Origin: Raillietiella orientalis | Lineage: Eukaryota | Length of the DNA: 64,000 nucleotides | Reading direction: 5' to 3' | Assembly (NCBI GenBank): GCA_036172245.1 | Contig: JAYWIR010000035.1 | Location: 2,170,001 to 2,234,000, forward strand | Part shown: piece by piece, positions 49,011 to 61,107 of the stretch | How the letters are laid out: each line of letters opens with the position of its first letter | Position numbering within the stretch: the first letter of the stretch is position 1 | Made by a program: the position numbers and the translations under genes | The notes under the pieces: generated by a model | What the model was told of the DNA's origin: nothing | The model's input: only the letters and a program-made list of their open reading frames with translations | Database searches by the model: none

Positions 49011-50472
49011 ACGTCGGCGCTGCTGGTGTTGCATTGGGGGCTTCCTTGCAACGCCCGCCGACAACACTGGACGCGGGGGGGTGTTAACTCTAATTGTGTC
49101 AGGTGCGGGGAGAGGGAATACCTCCCCCACCTGCTAGTGGAATGTGTTGCCCTCCGTCCCTTGTGGGAACGCTTTGCCGCAGCCCTGGGGATCCCCGGAG
49201 GCAACCCCAGAGACGCTTTGCGCCCCCTCTTCGTCCGTGACGTCCTGCCTCCAGCGGCCTCGCTTGCAGCCCTGTGCTGCCTCCGCGGGATCGTCGTGGC
49301 ATTAGGCAAAGCGACGGGAGGATCCAGCGACAGGGATGCCAACGTGTATGCCGCCCGTTTCCTCAGGATGGCGACGCGATGGCCCCATCTGGAACCACAC
49401 AAGCAGAAACAGCTTGCCGGCATCCTCCAGAGGATGACGGACCCCAGCAGACTGTGATCCCTTCCCGCTCCCTCCCTGATTTTTGTTTATTTTTTCTCTT
49501 CTTTTTGTTTCGTTCCCCCTCCCCTCTGCTGCCGAGGTCGACCGCGCCGGTCTGCGCACCGGTAGCCCGGAAGGATATATCTTTCCAGGGCGTGGCTAGA
49601 CTACTGGTCCAGTCACAGATTGTATAGGTTTATTCGTGAGAATAAACGTCCCGGCGCACCCGGGTTTCAATAGAGATTCCGGAGCGTGACGCCTCTGAGG
49701 TATTCGCGAAGGTGTTCCTTCGCACCTGAGAGTCGCGTCCAGTGCCCCGGCAGACGCCAATCCCTGAATGGCGGTCCTTTGTCGCGAGGCCGCATCTCGA
49801 AAATTAACCGGGAATTGTCCGACAACGTCGACGCAACCCTCCCCCGTTTGCCGACCCGTGAACACAGGTCAGCGTCGAGGAAGACGTGGTCGATGCTGCG
49901 GACCATTCCCCTCTCACCCGCGAACAAGTTGCGCGCACGCATGGCGGCGCACAACTCATTCATCGCGTTCTCTTGTGTTTCTGGCTCACCTGTTAGCAGA
50001 CGGAGATTGGAATCTCCCGCTATCAGGTGAGCCTTCCGCACGTTCGTGTCCGCCAGCCAGTCGCGCTTCAGGGAATCCAGCAGCCTGGTACGGTCGCTGT
50101 ATCCCTGTTTACCGCTGGGGGCGTACACATTCGTGACGATCAATTCGATCGAGTCGGACCAGCTGAGAATCAGCTGACCGACCCGACCGTCGTCATCGAA
50201 GCGCACGCCCTTCACTGCAGCGTCGATGGCCGGCTTCACGAAGAACGCGACCCCGCAGGTGTTGCGGAGGCCGCACCGCCAATACAACCGACCCCCCGCG
50301 ATCGTCTCGATCTCCTGGGCGTCTGCCGCGGTGATCACGTGGATCTCCTGCAGCAGGGTCAGGTCGAGCTCACGCAGGGTGACGGCCGTATCTCGCCTGT
50401 TACCGTCGTCGCGCAGCCCGTTCACGTTCCAACAGGCGGCGCGAATCCGACGGCGACTGGCGAGCCCAAGTT

Positions 50473-52230
50473 TTACTCCTGGGAAGATGGCAATGCGGCG
50501 TCCGCCACCTGTTGGGTCGGTACGCTAGGTGGAGGAGGAGGGTCAGGCGCTGCGTGCACCTGGTCCCCCTCCTCCATGGGTAACGGCGCGTCGAGCGGGT
50601 CACCCTCAGGTGGGGTCGCGCCTACCTGTTGGCCCTCCTCCATGGGGGCGGGCTGTTCAGGCTCGGCGACTGCAGGGAGGACTTCGCCCCCCTGCTCACC
50701 GTCCTCCATGGGGGTGGCCGGCTCGACGGCTTCCGAGCGTGGGAGTTCCCCCTCCGGGATTCCCACGCTACCGCTACCTTCCAGCTTCTCCTCCTCGCTG
50801 GTGGAGGGGAGGCGCCTCCTGGGTTTCTGGGACTTGCGTCCCGACTTCCTGGGGGGTGCCTCCGAGGAGGAGGATGCACTTCCGGCCCCCAGGTCTGACT
50901 CACCTGTGGGGGCCTTTTTCGCGGGTGCCGGACTTCGCACGGCCTTGCGCGAGGGGTTCCCACGCTCGGCCAGCGTGGCCGCGAGTTCCTCCGCCGCCTG
51001 AGTGAACGCGGCGTCCTCGGCTTCGACCGTCGCTAGTTCGCGCGGCTCACCCTCTGTGCAAACAGAGGGTTCGCCGTCGCGAACCTCGGGCGCGGCGGAA
51101 ACGGCGAGGGAAGGCTCGTCGCCCCGGGTGGCAATCTCGGGAACGGCTATGCGCTCCAGTGCTACCGTACACTCCGGCATGGTCTTAGAGCGCGGCCCAG
51201 GTTTTTTCGCCTTGCCGGCTGTCTTTTTTACCGCTTTCGCGTGTTTCGCGGGGTGCACCTTTTTCTCCTTCCTGGCCTTGACCAGCTGCCAGCCGTCTTG
51301 GACTCCCGCGTCTTCGGAGGGTTTTTCTTCCGACGCCTGTGTGGGAGGAACAGGGGCTAGCGGCTGCTGCCGGCCAGTATCTCTTTTTGGTCTTTCGACC
51401 AGTTTACCGCGTTTTGCCTGTGCTTTCTTTGCAGCAGGCGGCACCGGAGTAGGGCGTTTAGGGCATACGCGGCGTACGTGGCCCTTCTCCCCGCATAAGT
51501 AGCACACAATGTTCGGGCACCGCTTGCGCAAGTGTCCTACTGCATTGCAGTAGCCACAAAAGCAAGGTTTCCCCACGTACCAGAGGTCTACGACTTCGCC
51601 ATTGACCTCTAGTTTGTGGGGAAGATCACTCTCCTTCACCGTCACGCGCGCGGCGGCCTGCCCTCCGAAAAGGCTATCGTAGCCATCGAAGATTGTGGCC
51701 TTTGGCCATAGCGCGTGAACATCCCCATACTTTCTTAACTGATCACCAACCGCAGACCGCGTCATGCGGCTGGTGATCCCTGTCAGATGGACCACTACGG
51801 AGCGGTCCATTGTGACTGGTAGGATCTTGCATCCGTCCACGTTCAGCGGGGTGGTAATCAAGCTTTGCGCCAAGGTGATGTCCTTGCAGACAACCTCGAT
51901 GCGCTGACCCCCGCTGAGCACGGATAGACCGTCAAGGTCCTTTTCCAACACGTTGGCGTTCTGCAGCGCTTTCGAAAAATCGCGTGCAGTTGGCCCGTCA
52001 AAGAGATTGCCTACCTGGTAAACCAAGCTGGGCTTGTATCCAGCTGCCCGGTAGGCCGCCATCTCGGCCATGGTTTTCGCGCTCGGCGCGGCCACCATGG
52101 CGCTCCAGCTCCTCGCCTTGAGCGGCGAGGGCGATTCCGGGGCGGACGCCCCTGATTCTTTAGGCTGTGGGGGTGGGCAAGCCTTCCCCACTCCTACTTC
52201 CATCGTGGTGTCCTCAGGCATCGCTGCCAT
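50473..52230 (-). CDS. Apparently intact ORF1 of D
   Basis: MAAMPEDT start; knuckles CGYCNAVGHLRKRC and CYLCGEKGHVRRVC. Confidence 0.85.
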   Translation of the reverse strand: MAAMPEDTTMEVGVGKACPPPQPKESGASAPESPSPLKARSWSAMVAAPSAKTMAEMAAYRAAGYKPSLVYQVGNLFDGPTARDFSKALQNANVLEKDLDGLSVLSGGQRIEVVCKDITLAQSLITTPLNVDGCKILPVTMDRSVVVHLTGITSRMTRSAVGDQLRKYGDVHALWPKATIFDGYDSLFGGQAAARVTVKESDLPHKLEVNGEVVDLWYVGKPCFCGYCNAVGHLRKRCPNIVCYLCGEKGHVRRVCPKRPTPVPPAAKKAQAKRGKLVERPKRDTGRQQPLAPVPPTQASEEKPSEDAGVQDGWQLVKARKEKKVHPAKHAKAVKKTAGKAKKPGPRSKTMPECTVALERIAVPEIATRGDEPSLAVSAAPEVRDGEPSVCTEGEPRELATVEAEDAAFTQAAEELAATLAERGNPSRKAVRSPAPAKKAPTGESDLGAGSASSSSEAPPRKSGRKSQKPRRRLPSTSEEEKLEGSGSVGIPEGELPRSEAVEPATPMEDGEQGGEVLPAVAEPEQPAPMEEGQQVGATPPEGDPLDAPLPMEEGDQVHAAPDPPPPPSVPTQQVADAALPSSQE

Positions 52231-52319
52231 CGGACACCAACGATGTTCCACAGAAAACAACACAAGAAAAAACCGCTTCCTGTCGACTCACTCGGGAGCG
52301 AAGGAAAAACACGTCCAGT

Positions 52320-55263
52320 CGCCAAGGGATTCGGCTAGGGTGTCAGGAACGAGCGGGCGTACCTTCAGGCCCGCCGTTATTCCAGGCGTCCCGACGTCCG
52401 TCACCTGGCTGAATTCAAGGCTGAGGCGGAGAGGCAGGCCTGGCAGTCAGGCTCGACCTGCTTGCTGGACCATCAGGGCCAAGAACGGTCCAGCCCAGCC
52501 TAGGTAAGCCGCATAGTGCGGGAGTTTTATTCCTCCTTATACGCGCCACTCACACCTGAGCGCCATTTCGCGCAGTGCCTACTGCCGGATGGTGCTCCTG
52601 CGCTCGGAGAGAAAGTTTGTTCCAGATTGTCAGGACCCTTTACGATCACAGAGATCATCTTCGCCATCAGTAAATTAAAAGCAAGGAAGGCACCAGGGGA
52701 GGACGGCCTGCCCGCGAAGTTTTACAAATACTTCGCGTTAGAGCTGGCCCCCCTGGTGCTCAGGTTAAGTCAGATGATCCGCGAACGCGGCGAAGTTCTC
52801 GCCTCGTTCCGGTTAGCAAAAGTACGTCTCCTGCCGAAGTCAGGAGACCTACGCAACATTGGCAACTGGCGTCATATCACAGTAGTGAATGCGGCCGCAA
52901 AGTTGTATGCCAAGTTGTATGCTGAGCGTTTGGGGCGAGTGGCCGCTTCCGTGGTGAGTCCCGAGCAGACCTACGCTGTTCCCGGACGAACCATGGAGGC
53001 CAACCTGCTCCTCGCCAGCTCATGGTGGCAGTTGCGACAACGCGTTGCTCAGGATGGTCAAGGAAGCCTCGCTCTCCCCTCTGACCAAGAAGATCGGATA
53101 GAGGGTGGGATGGACTCGGCGGGATCCCTTGCCGTCGCGGTCGATTTGCGCAAAGCATTCGACTGCGTCGACCAGGATCTCCTTCTGGAGCTCCTGGAAC
53201 GCATGGGTTTCCCGGCCGTGCTCCAGTCCTACCTGCGCTCCTGCTGGCGCAACGAGTCTATTAATATTTGTTTCAGCGGCCGGGACGTGTACGGCGTGCC
53301 AGTGCGCCGCGGCATACGGCAGGGTGACAGCCTGAGTCCCTTGCTCTTCAGCATCTACTTCGAGTTGGTGCTGAAGGCATACAGGGTAACTCTGGCAACT
53401 CTGCCGAGCTCGTGTGCCGGCACGCCTGCCGTGTCGGCCTATGCAGACGATCTTCTGCTGCTGCTTCCCGGGTCCACCCCGGCGAGTGCGCTCGAGGAAT
53501 TCTTCCAGTTGCTGCGCCGCGGGACGGGCCTGGAGGTGAACAGGGCGAAGTCGTCGATGGCTTGTGTTGGCTCGGCGTGGGCTGGACGGTCGGACTGGAT
53601 CCGCTTGGGGATCCCCACGGGCAGGTGCTTCAAGTACCTTGGCGTTCCGTTGGGGGACTTCTGCGCAGCAGAAGCCTGGTCCGACCGCCTCCAAAAGGCA
53701 GCGTTGGCGATCGGTCCGTTCCAGGAAAGCAAGTTCTACTTGCAGGAACGGTCCGCGGTGTGGAACGCGTTTGCGGCCCCCCTCGTTTGCCCCCTACTTT
53801 TTGTGTGCTCCGCTTCTTATTTTGTCCGAAAAAGAGCAGCGGGCCTCCTGAGGACAGTCCTTCGGGGCAAAGGGAGGTCCCGTTTGAGACTCAAAGTCTT
53901 GTGCGCTTCACGTAAGGACGGTGGACTTGGCCTACTTACGCTGGAGCGCATGGAAGTACAATTACAGTTGAGAACGCTCGCCCTTGCAGCGGAACTGTGG
54001 GACACGCCCTGGTGCGTTCCAGCACGCCTTCTGGCCCAACGTGCCTCTGGATATGGCGGACTCTCGTGGTTTCTCTGGGCTCGCGACCGCAGACAAGCGC
54101 ATTGCGGCTTTCACCTGCGTCGCATGGCCGTTGTGGCTCGGAAGAACGCATGGATCTCCTGCCTTCCTGGGAACCACTCGGCATGGCTGCACGAGTCAGT
54201 CTCCTCTTGGAAAAAGATCCACGTACCGGCGGGTACAAAGAACACTTGCCTGAAAAGGCACGCCCGCTGGACGCTGCAGGAAATCGTGCAATCCCACGAT
54301 CAGTTCCTGTGGGCCTTTATAACCCCCCTTGCTCCAGTGGTGCCCTTTTTAGTAAACGCCAGGAACAGCATAGAGAAGGGAAAATGGACAGTGTCCTGCA
54401 CCATAGATGGCAGGACACGAAAGATCGAGGCGTGGACATCTCGGCAGCTTACGGACGCTGCGACGCCGAGTGTCCCGCCTAACGGAATTCGACGCTGAAG
54501 CGAGCAGCTCGGATTATCTTTGGAGGAGATGAAGTGGCCCCCAGCGTCCTGGAACAGTGTATCCCTCTCCTTGAAATGGCAGGAGGTGGCGTTGCTGGTT
54601 GTACACTGGGGTCTACCCTACAAAGCATGCCTCTCTCACTGCACACGGGGGGCTGTGGATGCCAATTGCGACCGGTGCGGAGAAAAAGAGACATTTCCTC
54701 ACCTTCTTATTGAGTGCAATGCTCTCCACCCTCTCTGGGATCGGCTTGCAACGATCCTAAACATTGGCGGAGGTGGCCCTAAAGAAATTTTTAGGCGCCT
54801 CTTCTTGCATGACGCCTTGCCCCACCGGCCTCAGTAGCAGTTCTTTGCTGCCTCAGAGGGGTCGTGGCGGCTTGGAACGCCACAAGAAGAAGGCGCCAAG
54901 TTAGCGGCAATGCTACATATTGGACCCGCCTCTTTGTGAGGAACATTTGCAGGTGGCGACACCTGGGTGAACGACGGACGCAGCTTGTGAAGATCCTGAA
55001 CAGGATCTAGAGGACCTTTCGGCGCGCAATGTGATTCCCCTCCCGGACCCCCCCTATCCCCCAAACATAAGTGTCCTCCCAAATTTTTACATTTTCTCTT
55101 TTGCTTTGTTTTTTATTCCCGTTCCCGCGCGCTTGAAGGACCTCGCCGGTTGAGAACCGGCAAGAAGCAGGCTGCCTTGTGGTGAACCATCAGGCTCTCC
55201 ACACGAAAATAACATGTATTTTTATTTTTTCAAATAAATGCCCCGGCATATCCGGGTGAAAAC
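52320..55263 (+). mobile_element. Subfamily C, 3' portion beginning at the LPPGFG target site
   Basis: RT ORF 52516-54498; terminus AATAAATGCCCCGGCATATCCGGGTGAAAA. Confidence 0.9.
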
Positions 55264-56707
55264 GCAGTGACGTCACCATCAGCTGACGACAACGCCGTTC
55301 CGGCATTGCCAGCAAAGGACGTCTGCGCGCCGATCGATGAAGCCGCCCCTGTCGCTCCTGCGCAAAGCGTCTGTGCGGAAAGCGAGGAGGCGGCGCGTAT
55401 AACGGACGCGACCTTCGCGCAGGCCGCGGAAGAGCTGGCAGCCATGTTACGGCAGCCTGCCAAGGCCGAGAAGAAGGCCTTGAGACGACCGGCAACGGTG
55501 AAGGGCCCGGAAAATTCCGAGTCCGAAACCGAAGCCGGTTGTTCTACTTCCGCAGCAGTGCCGAAGAGGAAGGCTGGCTAGAAGACCGGTTGCCCGACAC
55601 GTGTCGCCCCTCCGCAGGTGGGGAAGGCCATGTCCTCGGGCACGGAGGAGGAAGCAATGTGCGTCGCGCCATGCGACCCCTCTCTGATCCGTGTCTCGGA
55701 AGCCAGCGCGATGGATGTCGCTGTGGAAAACGTGCTCCCGTGTGAGCAGCCGACCGCCGTCACGGCCGTCAAAGAGCCGCCTCCCGCAAAGGCGAAGGAC
55801 GCCTCCACCCCACAATAAATACACCAATGCGTGGGCTCGCCTTCTGCCGCCGCTTGCGCATTACCTGTTGGAACGTCAACGGGTTCCGCGACGACGGTAA
55901 GAGGCGAGACGTAGCCGCCATACTGCGAGACTTCGACCTGGTGCTTCTGCAAGAGGCGCACATTCTCAAAGCAGGAAAAGTCCAGGAAATCGAAAGAATC
56001 GCGGAAGGGCGGCTACTGTGGAGGAACGGAAACGACCGCTCCTGGGGAGTGGCCTTTATACTTAAGCCAACCGTCGACAACGCATTGCGCAGCGTGAGGT
56101 TCGGTGGGGAAGGTAGAGTTGGGCAGCTTGCGTTCAAGTGGTCCGACTCGATCGACCTCAGTCACGAACCTGTACTCTCCGGTATGCAACCACAGGGCCG
56201 AGGAACGCACTGGGTTCCTCGAATCCCTGCGGCGAGACTCGTTGGCTGAAGCAAGCGTACGCCGGGCGCACCTCATTGCGGGCGACTTCAATTTCCGCCT
56301 GCTGGCGGGTGCGCCGTGCATTTGAGCACGACTGGTCAACGAGTTGTGCGCAGCCATCAATGCGCGCAACTTGTTGGCCGGTGATGCCGGGAGAGATCGG
56401 AACATCGCTCACATGTTGCTCGAAAACCACCTGTGCACGCGGGTGGGAACTCGTGGAACGCTCCCGGCATAGCTGTCCGACCATCCACGGCTCGTGTTCG
56501 AGTTACATCCGCGAAATAAGGGCCCTCCCCTGAAAACGTGGCGCCTACCAGGGGACTAATTGCGCATCGCAGGAGCGGAGGAACATCTACACGCCTTCCT
56601 GCGAGGATTCCATCCTGAGACGCTCGCGGACAGGGACGGAATGAAGTGGTCACTCTGCGAGTCTTGCGACCAGTTTCCCCTGGAACGTCTTCCGCCGGAC
56701 TTCGGAG
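55264..56707 (+). mobile_element. Subfamily C, 5'-truncated tandem copy (ORF1 end + APE), cut at LPPDFG by D2
   Basis: Inverted homologue of about 13810-15150. Confidence 0.88.
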
Positions 56708-59095
56708 TTATCACCCGGGTACGCCCGGGGAGTTTATTTGTAGACTCTACATGCGTGGTACGATGCCCCACCACGGCAGTAAACACAGGACCTGTCGAGA
56801 CACCGGGACGCAGCCCGGAGTGGCACTCCTCGACAGCGAAAGGGGATGGGGATAAGACAAAAAGAAAAATAAAAAAAAAGAAACAAACAAAAAGAAGTTG
56901 GAGGACAGGGAAGGGATCACTGGTCGCTGTGGGGAGGGCCCATCCGTTGAACGAAGTCTTCGAGGGCTGTCTGCATATTCCCCAGTTGGGGCCATCCGAA
57001 AGCTCTCCGCAAGAAGCGTTATGCATACGGGATGACATCCCTTGCCAGAGGACCCACTCCTTCGTTGGTGGCGTCTCTCCATGCCGCCACGATGCCACGG
57101 ACGCAGCACAAGGCGGCGATGGCTGCGGCTGGCTGCAGTGCGTCCTTCACGAAGAGGGGTCGAAGAATGTCTCTGGGGGTGCTGCCCGTAGGAAGCCCGA
57201 GGGTCGTCCCGAACCGTTCCCAAAGGGGTTGGAGGGCAGCACAATCCAGAATAAGGTGGGGGAGCGACTCCCGCTCCCCGCACCTGGCACACGCAGGATC
57301 CACAGCTCCCCTCGTCCAGTGGAAGCGGCGCACGTTGCAGGGTAGACCCCAGTGCAACAAAAGCAACGCCGACTCTTGCCACTTGAAAAACCGGATACGG
57401 GATTCCATAATAACCGGGGGCCACTTCAGCTCATCCCTGGGGATAGCGAGCAGCTCGCCCCATCTTGCTAATCCTCGCGGCTGGACGCTCGATGTCGTGG
57501 CGTCGGCCAGTTCTCCTGTTGTCCAGCCGCTGATCAACTTCTCCCGTCCCTCGATGCAGCAGGAGACTTGCCACCTTCGCGTCCGGGTGCTGTGAAGTGC
57601 CCTTCTTAGGAAGGGTAGCGCCGTAGCTAGGCAGGTCGTCTCTGCCCACGTGCATCTTGCTGGACTCTCCAGGAGATTCCGCAGCGTGCAGCGGGCGTAG
57701 GGGCTGCATCGGAGACGATTCCACGTCTCGTGGCTTCTCTGGTTGACTACTGCCCACGTTCCAATATTCTCCTCCAGCCAGGCGGGGGAGTTGGCGGGGC
57801 AGCAAACCATCCAGCTGTTCTCCTTGGCCAATGTTGCCATGCGCCCGAGCAGTAGGCCGCATCTTCGCATCTTCCGGCCACGGCTCAGAAGAAAAGACGC
57901 GAGTCCATCGCACCGGGACACACGGCTGGCCAGGAGGCGGGCCGGAGTGCACCAAGGGGTGCTCCACATCTTCGCTGCGATGGCGAGGGTTCGCCACCGC
58001 AGCTGCTTTTCCACGCGCTCCAGCGTCAGGAGGCCAAGACCGCCGTCCCGACGCGGAGCGCACAAGTCCTTCAGTGGGACTCGGGGCCTCCCCTTGCCCC
58101 AAAGGGCGATACGGAGGAGGTCCTTCGTCCTCTTCTTGGATTCCACGGTGGGGGGGCAAACAAAAAGCAAGGGGCGGAGGATGGGGGCCGCGAAGGCGTT
58201 CCAAAGAGCGGAAACCGCCCGGAAACAGCATAAGTCTGCTCCGGGCTAATTACGGATTCTGCCACCTGCCCCAGACGCGAAGCCCATAGCCCTGCTATCA
58301 ACTTGGCGTCCGTATTCACGATCGTGATCGGACGCCAGTTCTTTAAATCCCTGAGGTCTACCCCTTTCGGAAGGAGCCTCACTCTGGCTGACCGTTACGA
58401 GGCGGGAACATCGCCTTTGTCTCGGATCAGCCTGTTCAACTTAAGCAACAGGGGTGCCAGCTCTTCCGCGAAGCTCTGAAAGAACTCCGCGGGCAAGCCC
58501 TCTTTACCTGAAGCTTTACGCCTCTTGAGCCATTTGATACCGGCGAGAATTTCGCCGGTGGTAAAATTCTCGTCGAGGCTTTCCATCTTCTCCTCCCCTA
58601 TTGCCTGGGCGCCATCCGGAAGGAAGCTCCGAGAGGCGTCTCGATCCGGGGGCTCCCTGGCGTAAAGGGAGGAATAGAAACTCCGCACGAGATGCCGTAC
58701 CGACGCCGGGGACGAACATTCCCGGCACTGGTCGTCCAGCAAGCTGGCCGACCCGTATTGCCAGGTTTGGCGTTTGGCCCCGGCACGGTACTCGGCCAGG
58801 CGACAAACATTAGGGGTTCTCTCGTACCTACGAGCCTGTAAATAGGCCCGATGGTTGCGAGCACCCTCGCCGAATCCGGGGGGCAGGCGATCCAGGGGGA
58901 ACTGCTCACAGAACTCGCGGACCGATTCCTTAAAAAGGTCCCAGTCCTGGAGATTCCGGAGCGTGACACCTCTCAGGTATTTGCGAAGGTATTCCTTCGC
59001 ACCTGAGAGTCGCGTCCAGTCCCCCGGCAGACGCCAATCCCTGGATGGCGGTCCCTTGTCACGAGGCCGCATCTCGAAAATTAACCGGGAATGGT
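56708..59095 (-). mobile_element. Subfamily D copy 2, RT core deleted near 58205-58225, 5' part lost
   Basis: Homologous to 29012-32027; the A' target site is empty (about 58951-58964). Confidence 0.88.
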
Positions 59096-59953
59096 CCGAC
59101 GTCGCGGCACAATGAGAGGTTACTGTCAAGATCTCCAGCAGGGCGAAGAAAATCGAGGATTGGTGAACGGGTCAGCTCACCAACGCTGCGACCCCGAGGA
59201 CCACACCAAATGTTCTCTTGCGCTTGGGAGAGCTACTGGATGTTCCAGAGGAACATCTCGAGTGGCCCCCGGTGCTCATGGACTCGCGCATCGTCCCCAT
59301 GAAGTGGCAACAGTCGGCACTCCTGGTGTTGCATTCGTGCCTCCCCTGCAACGCCCGCCGACACCACTGAACGTGGGGGGGAGTCAACCCAAATTGTGTC
59401 AGGTGCAGGGAGAGTTAATACTTCCCTCACCTGTTAGTGGATTGTGTTGCCCTCCGTCCCTTGTGGGAACGCTTTGCTGCAGCCCTGGGGATCCCCATAG
59501 GCAACCCCAGAGACGCTTTGCGCCCCCTTTTTGTCCGTGACACCCTGCAGACCTGTGCTGCCCACGCGGGTTCGTCGTGGGATCAAGCAATGCGACGGGA
59601 GGGTCCAGCGACAGGGACGCAACCGTTTACGCCGTCCCTTACCTGAGGATGCCGAAGCGATAGCCCCATCTGGAATCCAGCATTCAGCGAAAGCTTGCCG
59701 GCATCCTTCAGAGGATGACGGACCCTCCCAGCAGACAATCATTTCTTCCCGCTCCCTCATTGGTTTTGTTTATTTCTTTATTTTCTTTTTCTTTGATTTT
59801 TTGTATCCTCTGCTTCCGAGGTCGACCGCGCCAGTCTGTGCACCGGTAGCCCGGCAGGCTGAATGTTTCCAGGGCGTGGAGGGACTACTGGTCCAGTCAT
59901 ACATTATATAAGTTTATTTGAAAAAATAAACGTCCCTGCGTACCAAGTTTACA
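59096..59953 (+). mobile_element. 3' fragment of an A'-type copy
   Basis: Homologous to 43274-43500 + 49013-49670 with the E site empty; decayed terminal hairpin. Confidence 0.85.
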
Positions 59954-59970
59954 GAGAGACTCTGGAGCGT

Positions 59971-61107
59971 CGAGCGAACGTGTCTTTTCGCTGCTCCTGA
60001 GTTTCGCTTTCCGGTGGTGTTTTGTGTGGTGTGGGTGGAGGATTAGGCAGCAAAGCCTGATTACACCACCGGTGAGGATCCGGAGGCGTTGACCCCATTG
60101 CCCTTGGAGGAGATGGAAGTTGGGGCTTCCGCCCCCACTGATGCGCCCCCGGCCCTACCCAGGGCTTGGAACGCCGTGGCTGCCGCGACCACGCCGGCGG
60201 CTGTGGCGGAGATCAGGACCTACCTGGAAGAGGGGTACAACCCACCCCTCCTATACAAGGAAGGCGCTTTATATTCTCCCGAGAACGCGCGCGCCTTCCC
60301 TCAGGTGATGCGCGTTCTCAGCGTACAAAAACAAGAGCTTCTGGCTATGTCCGTCAGAAGCGGGGGTCAATTTGTGGAAGTTATTTGCAAGGAGGCAACT
60401 CTTGCGCAGAGACTTCTGCGAACCCCCGTAATTATGGGAAGCCGGAGGCTTCTCTCAATTACTGAAGACCGGTTGGTGATCATTCACCTGACCGCTATCA
60501 CGTTCCGGATGACGAAGGAGGCCGTCCGGAACGAATTAAAAAAATTTGCAACTGTCCACACGCTGTGCGGTAAGCCTAGTCCTTTTGTTGATTACGACGG
60601 GGTGCTTGGCGGGCTGGGTGCAGGGCGAGTGACGGTTCGCGAAGGATGTGAGTTTGCCCACAAACTCACCGTCAACGGTGAATCCGTTGACGTGAGGTAC
60701 GTTGAGAAACCCAAGTTTTGCGGCTGCTGCAGCAGCTTTGGTCACATGAAAATGAGGTGTCCGAGCGTGCAGTGCCAGCAATGCAAACAAGCGGGACACA
60801 CCCGTCTGGTGTGCCCCCAAAACACAGTGCGCGTCGTGTCCGCAAAAAACTTGGGAAAGCGGGCGGCTAAAAAAAGAAAGAAGCTGGGAGCTCGTGCTGC
60901 TGCTAAGGAGATCACCTCCGCCATCAAGGCGAAGGCCAGCCCCGAGACCTTGGCGAAGAACGCCGAAAAGGTCGAGGCCGAGGGTCAAGAGCCAGGGTGG
61001 CAAAAGGTCGACCCCAAGAAAAACTCCCCTAAGAAGGGAAAGAACGTTGCGAAACGGAGCGAAACCGCTCCGCGCCGCGAAAAAACCAAAAGCTGCTGCG
61101 TCGTCGT
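59971..61107 (+). mobile_element. 5' part (ORF1) of another A'-type copy, cut by H
   Basis: Homologous to 32028-33180. Confidence 0.88.

Larger units (their letters stand above)
32031..49670 (+). mobile_element. Full-length subfamily A' (32031-35213 + 41802-43500 + 49013-49670)
   Basis: Perfect 14-bp TSD AGATTCCGGAGCGT (32014-32027 / 49674-49687); ORF1 32110-33753 with stops; ORF2 from 33753. Confidence 0.92.
29012..52317 (-). mobile_element. Full-length subfamily D (29012-32027 + 49674-52317), host of A', B2, E and the 677-bp insert
   Basis: 3' terminus at 29012 and 5' terminus near 52317; the coding sequence joins across the AGATTCCGGAGCGT duplication. Confidence 0.88.
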
